Shown here in pieces: positions 61,852 to 64,000 of a stretch of 64,000 nucleotides of DNA. The notes beneath the pieces were generated by a model, which was not told the DNA's origin, did no database searches, and saw only the letters and a program-made list of their open reading frames with translations. The position numbers were made by a program, and so were the translations under genes. The number at the start of each line of letters is the position of its first letter. Position 1 is the first letter of the stretch. The DNA comes from Octopus sinensis. Taxonomy: Eukaryota. The stretch is from contig NC_043000.1 in the NCBI RefSeq assembly GCF_006345805.1, forward strand, positions 14,260,001-14,324,000, given 5' to 3'.

Positions 61852-62319
61852 CTACACCTAAAAATAGCAAAAAAGAAATTCACATTTTAAGCTTGAGGAA
61901 AGTTTTTCCCACTTTAACAATTTACAGATTCTATCTGTAATGTGCAAATTGGTTTATTTCTCTTTCTGAAAACCCTAGCTTATCCAGGCATTTACGAACG
62001 AAACTAAGTACACGAATTATTATTGGTATAAAGGTGAATTGGTAATCTGGATATAGAAGCCATCGACCGGAATAATCCTCTTACTCTAGGATTTTGGCAG
62101 AGATATTTACATCAGCTGGGAGCTGACCTCTATGACAGTGCATACTTTTTCTTTTCGGTCCCAAACAACAATATCCAGCTTTTTATACATAACAGATGTT
62201 TTGATGGGGATGTTCCACCAATATTTCTTGTGTTGATGTTTTTGTGTATGTATTAAATAACAGGGGGATTCTCAATATATATTCAAAGATTTTTTTTCGA
62301 ATGGCATTGTATATTCTTT

Positions 62320-62480
62320 TCTAGCACAAGGCCCGAAATTTTGGGGGAAGGGGCTAGTCGATTAGATCGACCCCAGTACACAACTGGTACTTAATTTATC
62401 GACCCCGAAAGGATGATAGGCAAATCAACCTCGGCGTAATTTGAACTCAGAACGTAAAGACAGTCGAAATACTGCCAAGC
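62320..62480 (-). mobile_element. SINE-B variant-tail copy
   Basis: gcacaaggcccgaaattttggg tail plus Meta-like domain. Confidence 0.8.
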
Positions 62481-63418
62481 ATTCATCGCTTCGGAGTGGA
62501 TAAAATAAGCACCAGTTGAACTTGGAAAAAAAAACTTTGGTCGTCTTGTTGTAGTCGAGGGCTCTTCGTTGACGAAAGGCGGCCCAATCTTTCGAGTTCT
62601 TTTATACGGCTTAGAAAAACTGAAGGACCGCTGCACTAGAAGGGAATATGTTGAATGAAATCATAATTAGCTGATCCTCCTGTTTTTTTGTATTACTCTT
62701 TGCCAGGAACGTTTCCGCATCCACTCGTATGTACACTTAAATGTGTACATAAATCTACGTAAGAGGATACACATCACCTCAAACCTATGATAACAGAAAT
62801 TTCTGGGCGCGTTACTTAATGGTTGGTTACCAGGGGTGTAATGAGCGACACCCATGTCCCACAAACTTTGAATTTCACGTTGCTCCAGTTCACTCAGCTG
62901 TAGAAATGAGTTGCGACGTCACAGGTGCCAAGCTGTATCGACCTTTGTCTTTCCCTTGGATAACACTGGTGGCGTGGAGAGGGGAGGCTGGTATGCATGG
63001 GCGACTGCTGGTCTTCCATAAACAACCTTGCCCGACTTGTGTCTAGGAGGGTAACTGTCTAGGTGCAATCCCATGGTCATTCATGACCGAAGGGGGTCTT
63101 TACCTTCTTTTATATCTTAAGCACAAGGCAACAGTCGGTGCATCACTTGTGTCTGCGACAATGGAATACTGTCACTGCTCGAGCGGCAGTCACGGTCGAT
63201 ATTTTCCAGTCATCCGTGCATGTTGCGTTGTCCTTCGTTGAAGTGCCGTAATGTCGACGTTAACATATAAAGCGATGTAAGTAAACCGAGAAACAGCGCT
63301 GAATACTGTCAACCTTTAGAGATGAAAGCAAATCGTTATATATAGGTGACTAATATTGGTGACAGTGGGGTGGCTGAGTGCAAGTATCGGAGGTTTGTAT
63401 TGATTTTATTGGACATAG

Positions 63419-63419
<1 letters not shown>

Positions 63420-63450
<31 letters not shown>

Positions 63451-64000
63451 AAGAGAAAGAAGAAGGTTGACAATGATTATAATGAAAAAAAGTGACGATG
63501 ACGACGACAAGGGAGGAGGAGGGAAGGAGGAGGAAGAGTGGAGAAGAAGAAGAAGAAAAAGAAGAAGAAGATGATGATGATGATGAGGAGGAGGAGGATG
63601 ATGAGGATGATGAGGATGAAAGAAGGAGGAGGAGAAAAAAAGGAGAAAAAGGAGAAAAAGAAGAAGAAGAAGAAGAAGAAGAAGAAGAAGATGATGATGA
63701 TGATGATGAGGAGGAGGATGATGATGATGAGGATGATGAGGATGAAAGAAGGAGGAGGAGAAAAAAAGGAGAAAAAGGAGAAAAATAAGAAGAAGAAGAA
63801 GAAGATGATGATGATGATGATGAGGAGGAGGATGATGATGATGATGAGGATGATGAGGAGGAGGAGGATGATGATGATGAGGATGATGAGGATGAAAGAA
63901 GGAGGAGGAGAAAAAAAGGAGAAAAAGGAGAAAAGGAAGAAGAAGAAGAAGAGGAAGAAGAAGAAGTAGTAGTATAGTAGTAGTAGTAGTAGTAGAAGAA
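63420..64000. repeat. Purine-rich (GAA/GAT/GAG) tract with an about 110-120-bp higher-order unit (3-4 copies)
   Basis: gaggatgaaagaaggaggaggagaaaaaaaggagaaaaaggagaaaa recurs three times. Confidence 0.92.

Noticed and set aside
63135-63275. CITCVCDNG as a VWC-domain exon
   Set aside because: The Cys pattern is not continued, the frame closes quickly, and no splice sites fit

Overview
AT-rich, repeat-saturated metazoan DNA. The SINE families, microsatellite load and mollusc-type 5S sequence point to an octopus genome (inference). I can support no complete host gene; only four weak candidate exons were seen, and most ORFs in the track are microsatellite artefacts. The window holds about 45 tRNA-derived SINE copies in four to five families, with central domains I recall as CORE-, Meta-, V-, Deu- and Nin-like. 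DNA transposons include a full-length dead mariner, Tc1, Tigger and hAT/Charlie remnants, mariner, hAT and Merlin-like MITEs, and three non-autonomous Helitrons. There are also LINE fragments (RTE zinc-finger tail, Tx1/L1 endonuclease), a 5'-truncated 5S rRNA and a degenerate interstitial telomere-like tract. Two systems stand out. (1) A 2.05-kb ORF1-only (HAL1-like) Tx1/L1-type retroelement at 3734-5786 sits with a 16-bp TSD in the tRNA head of a SINE; a zero-spacer palindrome at 15115-15214 is centred in that same target sequence in another SINE copy. (2) Short non-coding units abutting (TA)n runs carry minimal type I hammerhead ribozyme motifs with palindromic helix III (best: 14389-14458 and 27150-27189) and repeatedly occur as asymmetric inverted pairs, resembling Penelope-terminal-repeat or retrozyme-like elements. 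All alignments and folds were done by eye, and most coordinates are approximate to a few bases.
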